Of a stretch of DNA of 64,000 nucleotides, positions 1-10,223 are shown piece by piece (the first letter of the stretch is position 1; each line of letters starts with the position of its first letter). The stretch is from the NCBI GenBank assembly GCA_046563655.1, contig CM102286.1:8122001-8186000 (forward strand), in the 5' to 3' direction. The position numbers and the translations under genes were made by a program. Under the pieces are notes generated by a model. The model was not told the origin of the DNA. It saw only the letters and a program-made list of their open reading frames with translations, and ran no database searches. This stretch comes from Yuukianura sp. NJ FZ-2021 (lineage: Eukaryota).

Positions 1-309
1 TCGTACGTTTAATTAAGCTTGTCAGTTTAGTTTATTCAAGGGCAAATTTCATGGCCACGGCTTAGACAAACTGGTCAAGCAAAGTAAGTCTGGCTAATGA
101 ACGAGCAAGGTTGTCTTGGAATTAATTTCTAATTGAAAGTAATCTCTGTCTTGAGTTTGCAATTATAAGAAAGTAAAACCAAACTTCATCTGAAGACGAA
201 CATAGCGGAAAATATTTTCAAAATTTTGTTCATCTTTCTTTTCGTGTCTAAACAGCTTTGGGATTCTGGTTAAGTCTCAATGAATTTGACTTCAATCTTC
301 ATCATATTA

Positions 310-1030
310 ATTTCCTCGACTACAAGACGCACTCGTGTATAAGACGCACCCACAAATTATCAAAAATACATAAATAGTGGGAAAATCTAAAGTTTGAATA
401 AGTTGACAACTCACATTTCACACTGGTTTCATAACTTTGCGGTCAAGTTAATTTCTACATCAGTATAACTTTTAAGTTTTTAACGATGGATGTGACACCG
501 AAGGTCACTCGCAAATCAAAGGGATCCCGGATTTTTCTGCTAGCAACGAGTGATTTCATGAAAAGACACAATTTCTCACTTCGGTGCAGAACGTCCGTTG
601 GTCAGCCAGAAAGTTGGGATTTTTTCGCGCTTATGGGGCTGAAAAGTGTCTGGGTTCAATTTCTCCAAAAAAACATTTATAACAATGTTCAATCTGAAAG
701 GATGTATAAGTGGAGATTTGATGAATTAGATGAACAACGTTTTCTACAAATGCAAGTCGTCATTTTTTTTTTAAACTTTTTAGGAAGAGGCAGACAACTT
801 GCCCAAAAGCATCAAAAAACGTCTGACGACGATTTGCAAGGGGGATCTATTTGATGGATTTGATGAATTCACACTAGATTAGAACAGATTAACGTAGAGT
901 CTAGTACGTTTTCACACAACTCCTACTCTTGATGAAAAAAAAGTCTTTAGTTTTCAGGAAAAAAACAATTTTTTTTCAAAATCTTCCGAAATTTCTTGGA
1001 TAAGACGCGTCTTGTAGTCGAGGAAATACG
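310..1030. mobile_element. Non-autonomous Tc1/mariner-pogo-like TIR element (MITE), left tip eroded
   Basis: ATTTCCTCGACTACAAGACGC at 310 is the inverse of GCGTCTTGTAGTCGAGGAAAT(ACG) ending at 1030, followed by TA. Internal TATAAGACGCACCC sub-repeat resembles pogo/Tigger-like ends. No transposase. Confidence 0.65.
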
Positions 1031-1218
1031 TATTTGAATTTTTCATTTTATTTATATCTATACTCATTCAGTTCATTTAAATAACGGCTATAATTATTAC
1101 ACTAAGTTGATGATATTATATGACTAAGTTGATAGTTAAATTAACGAGATATATGGTTGCTTGCCACGAGCAAGGTATTTTTATATGGAATACTCAAGAA
1201 TATGGAGCACTTACACTA

Positions 1219-2399
1219 GCTATACTTAGTGGCAAGGGAATGGCACTTTTTTCAAAATGGCCGCCGTCCTAATCAGCAATTGCATCTGAATAAGACGTTT
1301 TTTGCTCATGCGCAAAAACGTTTTGCACATGCGCAAAAAAACGTTTTGATGATGACGTCATCACCCCCCCCCCCCACTTCCGCACCCCCCACACCCCCAC
1401 TATATATCCCTCCCCCTATATCCTTTCCCGCCACGTGACCCCTAAGTCACGTGGCCCCGCCCCCAAACCACAATTGAAATTTATTTATTTAAAAAAAAAT
1501 ATTTAAAAAAAAACAATTATTTAAAAAAAAAAACAATTTTTGAAAAAAATCGTTTTTTGAAAAAAAATTTTTTTCTGGAATTTGGAAATTGGAAAATGTT
1601 TTGAAACTCGGAAATTGAAATTAAAAGTTAAATTAAATTTCCCTAGATTACCCCAACCTGAAATGTCAAGGTTACGCCAATTCTTTCAAGGTCACGCCAA
1701 TTTTTCAAGGTCATGCGCGCCCTTTGCATTGGCATATGAATTTGTGTCAGGTCATGCGCGCCCATTTCCAATTTCATGTAAATTCTCAAGGTAATGTAAC
1801 TCTTTTTTTTCAAAGTCAAGCGAGCATTTTGAAATTGTCAAGTCCCGGGAGCCCTTTTCTGGGATCCCGGGACCAAGAGGATCAAGTGTGGTGCATGGGC
1901 AGTATTTTCGGCTGGTCAGAGGATTAGTAGGGTGCCACTCGGCCACTGCCAAAACAAACCGCAAACCACTTCCGGTTAGCCTGCCCAAAGAAACCGCAAA
2001 CCACTTCCGACCAATTTGCCCGTGCATATGCACGTACAATTCCATTTGAATTTTCACTTGTGTTTGCTAAAAACATCAAGGTCAAAAGTCAAATGGAATT
2101 GTCGCCACGCTCGGAGGCGTGGCTAGCCGCCCGACTGTTGAGCCAATCAACGTTGAGCATTTCAAGAGTGGGTGTGGCTCGAGGAAATGGAGACATTTGA
2201 TTGGTCGAGACTTGCCGCTACACTCGGGGGCGTGGCTAGCTCTAGCCAACGAACGTTTACCACTTCAATCGGGGGCGTGGCCTCGGAAAATGGAGACATT
2301 TGATTGGTCGACAAAACTTGCCACCCCTTGGGCCCGCCCTCAAGCCATAGTAGTGTCATTTCCTGCTCAAACTCAGACAAGTCGCCCGGGCGGACTGGT
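1219..2399 (+). repeat. Left terminal inverted repeat
   Basis: Near-identical reverse complement of ~10224-11396; mirrored spurious ORFs appear in the track (2119..2478 + vs 10093..10500 -). Confidence 0.95.
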
Positions 2400-2912
2400 T
2401 AGAGCATCCACTTGGATTAGATCTGATGGTAGTCGCCGTGAGTTCGATTCAATCTGCCTCCAAACAATTTTTATGTAGTTCAAGCGTTTACGGAACAATA
2501 CAAACGCAGGCTTGGCGTTTGTCACTGGTATGCCCGTGTTGCTTACGCTTACACGACTATATTTAATTAAATTACGGAAACGTCTTATCAGAAAAACGTA
2601 CGGCATGGACCTTACTTTGAATAACCGTATAAAACACAACTGGCAAGTTGTGCCGACACCGATAACTTGACAGAAAACCAAAAGCATGAATGCAGTTTTT
2701 GGTTTCTTTTTTCTCCTTTTTTTTTGTTTTTTTTTCGTTTTTTTTTTAATTTTTGTTTTGTTTTTTTTTCAATTTTTTCTACTTTTATTCATAAAAGACA
2801 CGATATTTTTTTTATTTCGATGTGGAGATTAGTTTATTTTTCAAATTTAGAAAAATTTACAACAAAAAAGACTTGACACAAGGCTAATGAAGATTAAAAA
2901 ATAAACTTGTTT

Positions 2913-3898
2913 TTAAAAGAATATTTTTTTGTTTGAAGCAAGTCCAGTAATTCCATTTCCGTCAATTTGTAAAGTTTTGTCTTCAATGCCGACGACGAGA
3001 ACCACCAAATCCTTGGTCGTCGGTGTTTCAAAATCAATTTCCAGTCCATACTGTCCAGATCTGCTCGCACTATACCCGTCAGTCCACAAATCCTTGACGT
3101 CAAATGCAAAAATTGCATTTCCGTTTACAAACTTGTCGTAGGAAATGTCATTTCCTCCAGACTGACGAGAAACCAACTTGCACAAATTGTGATAGGCTAG
3201 CATGTAATTTTTGTCTTTGAAAAGCATTTCTTGATAGACCAGCGGTTTTTGTTCAAATTTTAGCAACAGACGGCTAACATCGTGAGGTTGAAAGTTGAAT
3301 GGTGGCTTTTCAACTTTTCTTCCTTCGAAAATTTCTCGTTCCAAAATGCCAACTAAAAGAAGTTTTGGATGCCTCACACTCTGGTAGGCATTTGTCAAAT
3401 CAACCGAGCTGAGATTGCCTGACACATGTTGTAGACACATGGGGGCCTGATCGTATGAATAGTTGGCCACCTTGTTTTTGGCAAACCCTTGGCGGATTTG
3501 GGCAACTAGTTTTTCACTGAGCTTCACTTGGCGAATAAAATACTCGGCCGATTCGACTGTAATTTTGTATTTGGTTGTTGTTGCCGGACCTCGCAGGCAA
3601 AATGTTGCATCGCTCTTTTTAATTTCAAAATTGAATTGAGTGTTGTGTGGGAACACTTTTTTGGTAGTAAATAGGCCGAGGAACGGGCGCCCAATCATTT
3701 CAAACGTTTGACTATTTTTTGCCAAGTTTAATCGCGCCTTGTAACTAGGGTTTGTGTCGTCGTAGTTGTCCATGACATCTCCGGCATAGTAGCCCACTTT
3801 TGACAATGTGCTGCATTTCGTTCCAAAGCCGTTAAAGAGTTGGGTGAGCATCCAGGCTTCATACGAGTATGCATGGTATCCTTGGGCAACTATTTGGC
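2913..3898 (-). pseudogene. Polinton-type major capsid protein (PY-like, double jelly-roll), C-terminal part
   Basis: AYSYEAWMLTQL...FEMIGRPFLGLF...PKLLLVGI...PFNFQPHDV...ISYDKFVNGNAIFAFDV...LEIDFETP resembles Polinton PY motifs. Joins in frame to the N-terminal part once the Sola1 insertion is removed. Confidence 0.88.
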
Positions 3899-4115
3899 AA
3901 TTCTATAGTTCCGACGAAGAATGGCGTACCTCAAAAGTCAACGACGACTTACTTCGCCACGGCAAAAAACTAAACAAAATTTGTCGCGATCGGCACCAAA
4001 ATTAACTAATTTTCAAAACTTTAATTGGGTTTCGCGAAACCGGAGGAACCAAAAACTGAATCTCGGAAATAATACTTGTTTTAGACCTATATGTTATACT
4101 AATTAAGTGTATTAT

Positions 4116-6690
4116 TCATGGTAAATTCTTTTGCTTTTGGATGAAGGTGCTGTACCAGGCAAAGTTTTCTCCATCCAAAAAGGCCAGCATTTTCTCCAAA
4201 TCATCAATCTTTCCTTCCGGCAACTTGATCATTTCTTGTGTAACCATTCGTGGGACGCGAGTTCTGAGAAAAACAGCATCAATTCGCATTAGTTGAGTTT
4301 CCTCTGCTGAATACGGGTCGAAGTCCCTTTTGCATTCCAAATAATTCTCTTCGTCGACATCGTGCTTGTATTGCAAGTGTTGAGTGACACGGAAGCTGGG
4401 AGGAAACTTAATTCCGTTTGAAGCAAGTTTGAAGTCTAAAATGTCGTTCTGTGTTAGCCTGATTGTAGTAAAAGGATTTTCATCACATGCGTCTCTTATG
4501 ATCGTTTCAATGTCTTCCGGCAGCTTAGGAGCGGATTTACGTAATTTCTTTTCGATCAATCCAAAACCTCGGTCACACTGGTTGTAACTGTGTCCTGTCA
4601 CAAAAAACTTCTGCTCCACTGTTGTAAAGTATCCTAGCCTTGCTAATTTGATGAGAGCAGACAGTACACTCCGGTTGTTGTTTTGACCTTTACAAAATAT
4701 CATCGATTTAAGACATTCATGGACAGAAAACAGTTAAGCTAAGTTCTCACCAACACAACGATCCATCCAAAGGACGAGAGTCCTCTGCTCATTCGTGGGT
4801 TGGTAATGGGAAGTGATGTACTTCCAAATACCCGATGAAATTTCGTTCGACCCTCGCTTCCCGTCATATTCTGTGCAAAGGTAATTCCACATACCAGCAT
4901 TGCTGGCGCGCGAGATGGAGAAGTTAAAGTTAGACAGTTTTCTAAGGTAGAAACGTGCCAAACTAGAAAGTTTCGGAGTGAAAATAATCTGTTACATATC
5001 ACAGGTCAAGAGAACAAATGTAGGATCAGCATTAGCAGCAACGGCGTCAGCTTTGTAGGCCTCCATTGCTGCTTCCCCTAGTCAAACGAATCAAATGTTA
5101 AATTACATCAATGGTCGATTTGATCCAATAGCGCCATTTTGCATTATATGGCGACATTCTCATCGAAATGTCGCTAAAAAGTCACTATCCAAAAAACAAG
5201 TCAACTACACTAGGCGATTATTGCTGGGGACTTAGATTTGGCGAAAAAGCGATATTTTGCATAATATGGCGACATTTTCATCGAAATGTCGCTAAAAAGT
5301 CACTATCCAAAAAACAAGTCAACTACACTAAGCGATTATTGCCGGGGACTTAGATTTGGCGAAAAGGCGATATTTTGCATTATATGGCGACATTTTCATC
5401 GAAATGTCGCTAAAAAGTCTCTATCCAAAAAACAAGTCAATTACACTAGGCGATTATTGCTGATGACTTAGATTTGGCGAAAAGGCGATATTTTGCATTA
5501 TATGGCGACATTTTCATCAAAATGTCGCTAAAAAGTCATTATCCAAAAAACAAGTCAACTACACTAAGGGATTCTTGCAATGTACTCAGATTTGGTCTAA
5601 TTGCGACATTTTGGTACAGGAAGGTGTTTCCACTACATAAACCACAGCACAGACAGAGACATACTTACATTGAGCGTGGTGAGAGTCCCTCTCGGCTATT
5701 ATGGCAGGTCTCTCCAAGGCTGTGCAGTCAGCTAATTTAGCCTTTAAGTTATCACATTTGTCGCAGGTATCCGCTTTTGGTTGTGATAGGCGCAAGTGTT
5801 TGAACTCACGTTTGAAGATATCCCGGTACACCCACTCTGCACATTCTGGCAAATTCTGTTGTCTTTGACGCTCAAGAAACAATGCATACATTTTGGCAAC
5901 AGTGAGCTCGGACTCCAAGTACATTGCGTTTGCGTTTTGGTTCCTAGTGTAGTGCGATTCAATGACTGGAAAAGCCGCAATATGGGCCCGAACTTCCTGT
6001 CGTATTTGGGGGTCGAGTGTCGGATGATTGGCATGCTTGCCGCGTTGATCAGAAATAGCGATGTTCCCATTTTCCATCTTTTTGATTACACAGCGCAACC
6101 TCTTGTCCGTAATTTGAAAAATGTCTAAAAATGTTGCTCGGCAGACTTCTAAGCGAGCTCCCATATCCAATACACTGTACTTGTACGTCTACTTCTGTTC
6201 CAAAAAAAAAATATGTCAATGTCGGACATATAAAACTAATATAGTTTCAGCCTTTCAGCTTAGCATCCAGACTACCTTTCTTGAGTTTACAACAGCTTGT
6301 TCTTTTGGTAACTGGATGTCAATAGATGATATAAGGAGCGCACTTTGACCATCAGTGTCTAATTCACGAAACTGCTGATACAGCCTTTGTTTTTCCAACA
6401 TATTCAAGTCACATCCCTTTTTGTTGCACCTTGTACATACTTTGTGCTAAGAGAAAGGTTAAGTTTAGTTTGTATTTACCCAATCTTAAGTTTTAAAGCG
6501 GAAGTCAAGTACTGCATACCCCTTGTGGCGGTTGTAGAGCTATGTGTTGAACTCCTGACCTTGACTCGTAAGCATCCCCACTCTCTCTTCTTCGTTTTGC
6601 AAGTTTATCCTTTGTGGCACCAGGATTTTGAGGTCGTTTTTTCTGGATGTTGACCCGACCAACATCCGCAGCAGTCATCTTAAATGACAT
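4116..6690 (-). pseudogene. Intron-containing Sola1-like DDD/E transposase with premature stops
   Basis: Spliced reading gives VCRATFLDIFQI, DQRGKH, ESHYTR, PKADTCDKCD, TCDM*QIIFTPKL...FYLRKL, RGSNEISS, WMDRCVGQNNN, FFVTGHSYNQCDRGFGLIEK. GT-AG introns at 4688-4750 and 5078-5668, with probably two more near 6200-6275 and 6450-6520. In-frame TAA near 4993. Confidence 0.85.
5119..5613. repeat. 118-bp tandem repeat (~4 copies) inside a transposase intron
   Basis: Unit containing TTTTGCATTATATGGCGACATTTTCATCGAAATGTCGCTAAAAAGTCACTATCC recurs every 118 bp (ORFs at 5168 and 5286). Confidence 0.95.
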
Positions 6691-7069
6691 ATTGTATAAC
6701 TAAAGTAAGACGACAAAAGACTCAGTTATTCTTTACTTTACTTGGCCATTGTCATTAACTTTTGCGTGTTGATAATCCCAACTTACCACACAATATGATT
6801 GGATTAACAAGGTGAATAACTTTGTACTTGTTCTTATTGCTGATTCACAAATTGAGTGAACTGGAGGATTCGTTTATAACATTTAAATCAAAACGAAATG
6901 AACTCTTAACTCGACTTTGACGCTTTAAAATTCCCTCATTTTTCGAACAAGCATTTTTTTTGGAATGAGATTTTTTGTCGACAGTGAATGAAATTTGTTT
7001 ACATTTTTGGTCTCCAAGGGAGAAAAAATTTCAACATTCGAGTTACGCCCTTCTTCGTTGGGACTACAC

Positions 7070-7396
7070 AATTGTTGACCGTAAGTGTAAAATCTTCAAT
7101 GAACGCATGAAAGAATAAATTTTCCGGCGCAATTTTGTCTGCATCGGTGGGCGGAGTTCCATCACTTTTTTTAATTGAAAATACTAGTTTTAAAAAAGAA
7201 TCGGACAGGTCCAAGTAACCATGCGCTGGTTGTTCCACTCGAAAGTAGATTGGATTTGGGTCTGTCGATGGTGAAAATGGTGTCACTACTAGATAATTGC
7301 CCAAAATGGACGACACATCCATAGCGGTTTTGAAAATAGGTCAAATTTCGCACTTGTGGTGACCAATTTTGAATTCACAGGCACATTAACCTCCAT
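7070..7396 (-). pseudogene. Polinton-type major capsid protein, N-terminal part
   Basis: ATG at 7396 gives MEVNVPVNSKLVTTSAKFDLFSKP, then a 1-bp frameshift near 7324 into MDVSSI...PIYFRV...YLDLSDSFLKL...APENLFFHAFIEDFTLTVNN, matching the PY N-terminus pattern (LDLF..P, PIEF, YLDL, PVNLFLHSLF). Confidence 0.85.
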
Positions 7397-7535
7397 TTTA
7401 GCACAAAAACACGCACAAGATGTTGCTCCGACGACTGCTAATTGACGACTGAGCACAGTTTTGAAGGTTTAACGTGTAAATTTTACGTAACACTGCACAC
7501 TAGACACGTGTTTACTCGTCGAAGTTCAGACGCAG

Positions 7536-7571
7536 ACTGACTAACGGTAGTAAAAAAGGCTCCCTTTTATA
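7536..7571 (-). promoter_or_regulatory. TATA + initiator promoter of the major capsid gene
   Basis: Minus-strand TATAAAAG starting at 7571 with TTAGTCAGT about 29-33 nt downstream; AAAATGG start at 7396. Confidence 0.7.
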
Positions 7572-7652
7572 GCTTTTTGCGCCAAATTTTGCAATTTTGC
7601 GACAATTTTACGTCTTTTTCGTGCACTTTTAGCAGATTTCTCTGGTTTTCTG

Positions 7653-7949
7653 CTATTGTCTTGAGAAATTTTCATTTTTTTTGCAATTGTCGCAAAGAAT
7701 TTCGTCTGAATCTGTGCTGCTGGAGCCATTTTTGGGTAAATTGTGCTTCGAATTTGCTACTTTTTTGGGCCGCGATCGCGTCATGGCCCTTTTTTTGGGC
7801 AATTCCGCAGCCATTTTCTGAGCAATAGCGGGCGATGCTATTGTTTTTGTGGCTAAACTTGCCTTGTTGCACTTGTTTTGGCCATTTTCAGGAGTCAAAC
7901 TGCGACTATTGTTGCCAAAATCAGAGTTTCTTGGTTCGTCAACTTCCAT
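7653..7949 (-). CDS. Small Lys/Arg-rich hypothetical protein between penton and major capsid; possibly continues by frameshift to 7541
   Basis: 98-aa ORF with AAAAATGG context and its own TATA/Inr. The overlapping frame ending at 7541 has RKPEKSAKSARKRRK. Confidence 0.55.
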   Translation of the reverse strand: MEVDEPRNSDFGNNSRSLTPENGQNKCNKASLATKTIASPAIAQKMAAELPKKRAMTRSRPKKVANSKHNLPKNGSSSTDSDEILCDNCKKNENFSRQ

Positions 7950-8083
7950 TTTTACACAAAAAATGCACTGGATGTTGCTTCAACGAGCACAAAGTTGATA
8001 CTGACGACGTTTTAAAGGGTTTTGGCGTAAATTTTACACTGTTTCGCACTGTTTTCGTGTTGCTTGGTCGCAGGTCAGACGTC

Positions 8084-8118
8084 AACTGAACACCTTATGT
8101 CTTTTGTGGCCTTTTATA
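8084..8118 (-). promoter_or_regulatory. TATA + initiator promoter of the small basic ORF
   Basis: Minus-strand TATAAAAG at 8118 and TCAGTT with its A at 8087 (31 nt spacing). Confidence 0.7.
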
Positions 8119-8135
8119 ACTGTTTTTTTGAGGAT

Positions 8136-9218
8136 TTATTTGAGGATTTGGGTGGCTTTTCTGACGTGAAGGACAAGTTGGGTTGCGCAGTGTGCTTCAG
8201 GAATTGGTGCCAGGTTTTCGTCCAAAAGTTGAACGTAAATGGAATTGATCATAGACTGTCCTTTTACCGCAAAATAACGCGGCACATTAACTTCCAAGTC
8301 GACTGGTTTGTCATCCTGATCGCCTTGGGGGAATATTCTAATCAACGGCAGCACCTTGTCTCCAAACTGGGTATAGTTGGCAAGATCGCACACGACAAGG
8401 AGATGTTTTGACGTCTCTCCAAGGTCAATTTCGGCCTTGGCTGGATTTGTTTGGCTAAATCCCTTGAATGCGGCTCCCAGTGGCAGTCCAAATATTTTGT
8501 CCAAAAGCGGTGAGAGGGTGGTAATGTAATCGTGTGCAGATTCTCTGGTGTATTTGAGTACAGCTTCTTCCTCAGAGTACTTGAATGTAATTTGGAATGG
8601 AGCCAAGGCGGCGTTCATGGCCTGAATCAGGCCTTCCACCGTTTTTTCTTTTGGTTCTACCACGGTTGCCAAGCTGACATTGTCTTGGAAAATGTGAAGC
8701 GTCATGCCAATTGTTGGATCAATTGCGTCAAAAACAGCTTCGGAATATTCATGGCCATGCGTTACCCCGTTTGGGAACGTGTTGGTATCAAAGCCAAAGG
8801 CTCGAGCATACTCTGCCGTCATGGTAACCAAATGGTCCTTTTCGTCGTTGGTAATTGAAAAGACCTTGTTCGTGTACGATATGACAATTTTTCGGTCAAA
8901 TGTTTTCAATTCCTTGTTGCCATGACCAAAAAACTTTATTATTCCATCCATTTTTGGAATTGTAACCGTCACCTCCAGGTGCTCGGTTACGTTTATGACA
9001 TTGTCACCCTCACTGTGGCCAAAAATGTTACGCTGGGTTTTGGGTGCTGGAGTGTAGTGCATTCCAGCAATGGCAACCTCGAGCGGTTGCTTCCAGCCAT
9101 CAAGCACAGGATCCAAATTGGCACGAAACTCGTTTGGTTTATTTTCTGGGTAAAATCTATTGTTTAAAGCACTGTCCACGATAATGTACCGCGAACTGGG
9201 TTTAACAATGACGGCCAT
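8136..9218 (-). CDS. Polinton-type minor capsid protein / penton (PX-like), apparently intact
   Basis: N-terminal YIIVDS...FYPENKPNEFRANL...LEVAIAGMHY and C-terminal LLVVCDL...QFGDKVLPLIRI...PRYFAV...INSIYVQLLDE...LVLHVRK match the PX pattern. First ATG is at 9218. Confidence 0.88.
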   Translation of the reverse strand: MAVIVKPSSRYIIVDSALNNRFYPENKPNEFRANLDPVLDGWKQPLEVAIAGMHYTPAPKTQRNIFGHSEGDNVINVTEHLEVTVTIPKMDGIIKFFGHGNKELKTFDRKIVISYTNKVFSITNDEKDHLVTMTAEYARAFGFDTNTFPNGVTHGHEYSEAVFDAIDPTIGMTLHIFQDNVSLATVVEPKEKTVEGLIQAMNAALAPFQITFKYSEEEAVLKYTRESAHDYITTLSPLLDKIFGLPLGAAFKGFSQTNPAKAEIDLGETSKHLLVVCDLANYTQFGDKVLPLIRIFPQGDQDDKPVDLEVNVPRYFAVKGQSMINSIYVQLLDENLAPIPEAHCATQLVLHVRKATQILK

Positions 9219-9339
9219 TGTAGACGGTGATTTGGACAAATTCGAATTAACACTTTCACTTAAACTTTTTTAGAAGGTAATGTTACCGACGCAGAAGCTA
9301 GTGAAACACTGAGCCGCTTGCGGCAACGTCACGGCCTTA

Positions 9340-10092
9340 AGTCTGATTCCCAATGACTGCAATCGCATGCGAATTCGCATGCTGCATGCGAATTCGCATC
9401 GAAAGTGTGAGAACCGGTTTGCGTCCACTGCATGCGTCATGCGAAAATCGCTGACGCATGCGATTTCTTGCAGTCAGCAATTGTGAACCGGGATGCGATC
9501 GACGCATGCGAAAATCGGATCCGTCGATCCGTCATGCGATTTTCGCAAGATCGCATGAGTTGAAAAATCTGAACTTTTGCGTCCGTCGACGCATTCGTCC
9601 AGGCGGCAAAACCAAAAATGTAAACAAAGCTTCAAATTACAAAAGTCAAATTCAGATTTACTTTACCAACTAAATCTAATTATTAGTTAATTATTAATTG
9701 ATTACAAGTACTACATTTGTCTGTCTGTCTGTTTAGGCGAAACTCGGTACTTTATAGGTTAGTCAAAGCCACACACTCAATCGTGAACCTATGTTTGGTT
9801 TTCCAGATTAGTTGTAACATTAAAACAGTGAAGCAGAATGGACGATAACAAAAACTGAAATAAAAAAAAATCATCAGCTGTTTCTAGGTTGAGTGCAGCG
9901 TTGCGATTGCATTGAGAACCGGGTTGCAGCAGAAAATCGTACCATCGCACCGACGTACGTCGGGCGATGCAAATGCATGCGTCGGAGCAGCCATTGGGAA
10001 CCACCTTCCGAATTCGCACTGCACGGACGTACGTCCGCGCTGCAATCGCATGCAGCGTCCGTCAGTGCGATGCAGTCATTGGGAATTAGGCA
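9340..10092. mobile_element. PIF/Harbinger-like MITE
   Basis: TTA TSD (9337-9339, 10093-10095); TIR AGTCTGATTCCCAATGACTGCA / TGCAGTCATTGGGAATTAGGCA; many GCATGCG subterminal repeats; non-coding. Confidence 0.82.
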
Positions 10093-10223
10093 TTATATAG
10101 GCACAACCAAGGACGTCACAGTAAAAAACAGCAAAAAAAAATGCAGGGGTCGCGTGGCAAGGGGTACGGACGGGGCAGTTGCAATGTAACTAACGACACG
10201 TAAACATGGCCATTTTGTGTATA

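Larger units (their letters stand above)
3903..7069 (-). mobile_element. Sola1-type DNA transposon nested in the major capsid gene
   Basis: AATT TSD (3899-3902, 7070-7073); imperfect ~36-bp TIRs CTATAGTTCCGACGAAGAATGGCGTACCTC / GTGTAGTCCCAACGAAGAAGGGCGTAACTC; internal Sola1-like transposase. Confidence 0.88.

Noticed and set aside
486..854. 122-aa ORF
   Set aside because: Lies inside a MITE and has no recognisable domain.
1229..2478. ORFs in the TIRs and their mirrored copies at 10093-11424
   Set aside because: By-products of the inverted repeat; differ in length between arms and have no protein motifs.
4116..6690. Sola1 transposase as the capsid element's own mobilising enzyme
   Set aside because: It has its own TIRs and AATT TSD and interrupts the capsid gene, so it is a later nested insertion; a 4-bp TSD enzyme would not explain the 8-bp TSD.
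8064..9167. Plus-strand ORFs overlapping the penton, and similar antisense ORFs over gag-pol
   Set aside because: Shadow frames of the real coding strands.
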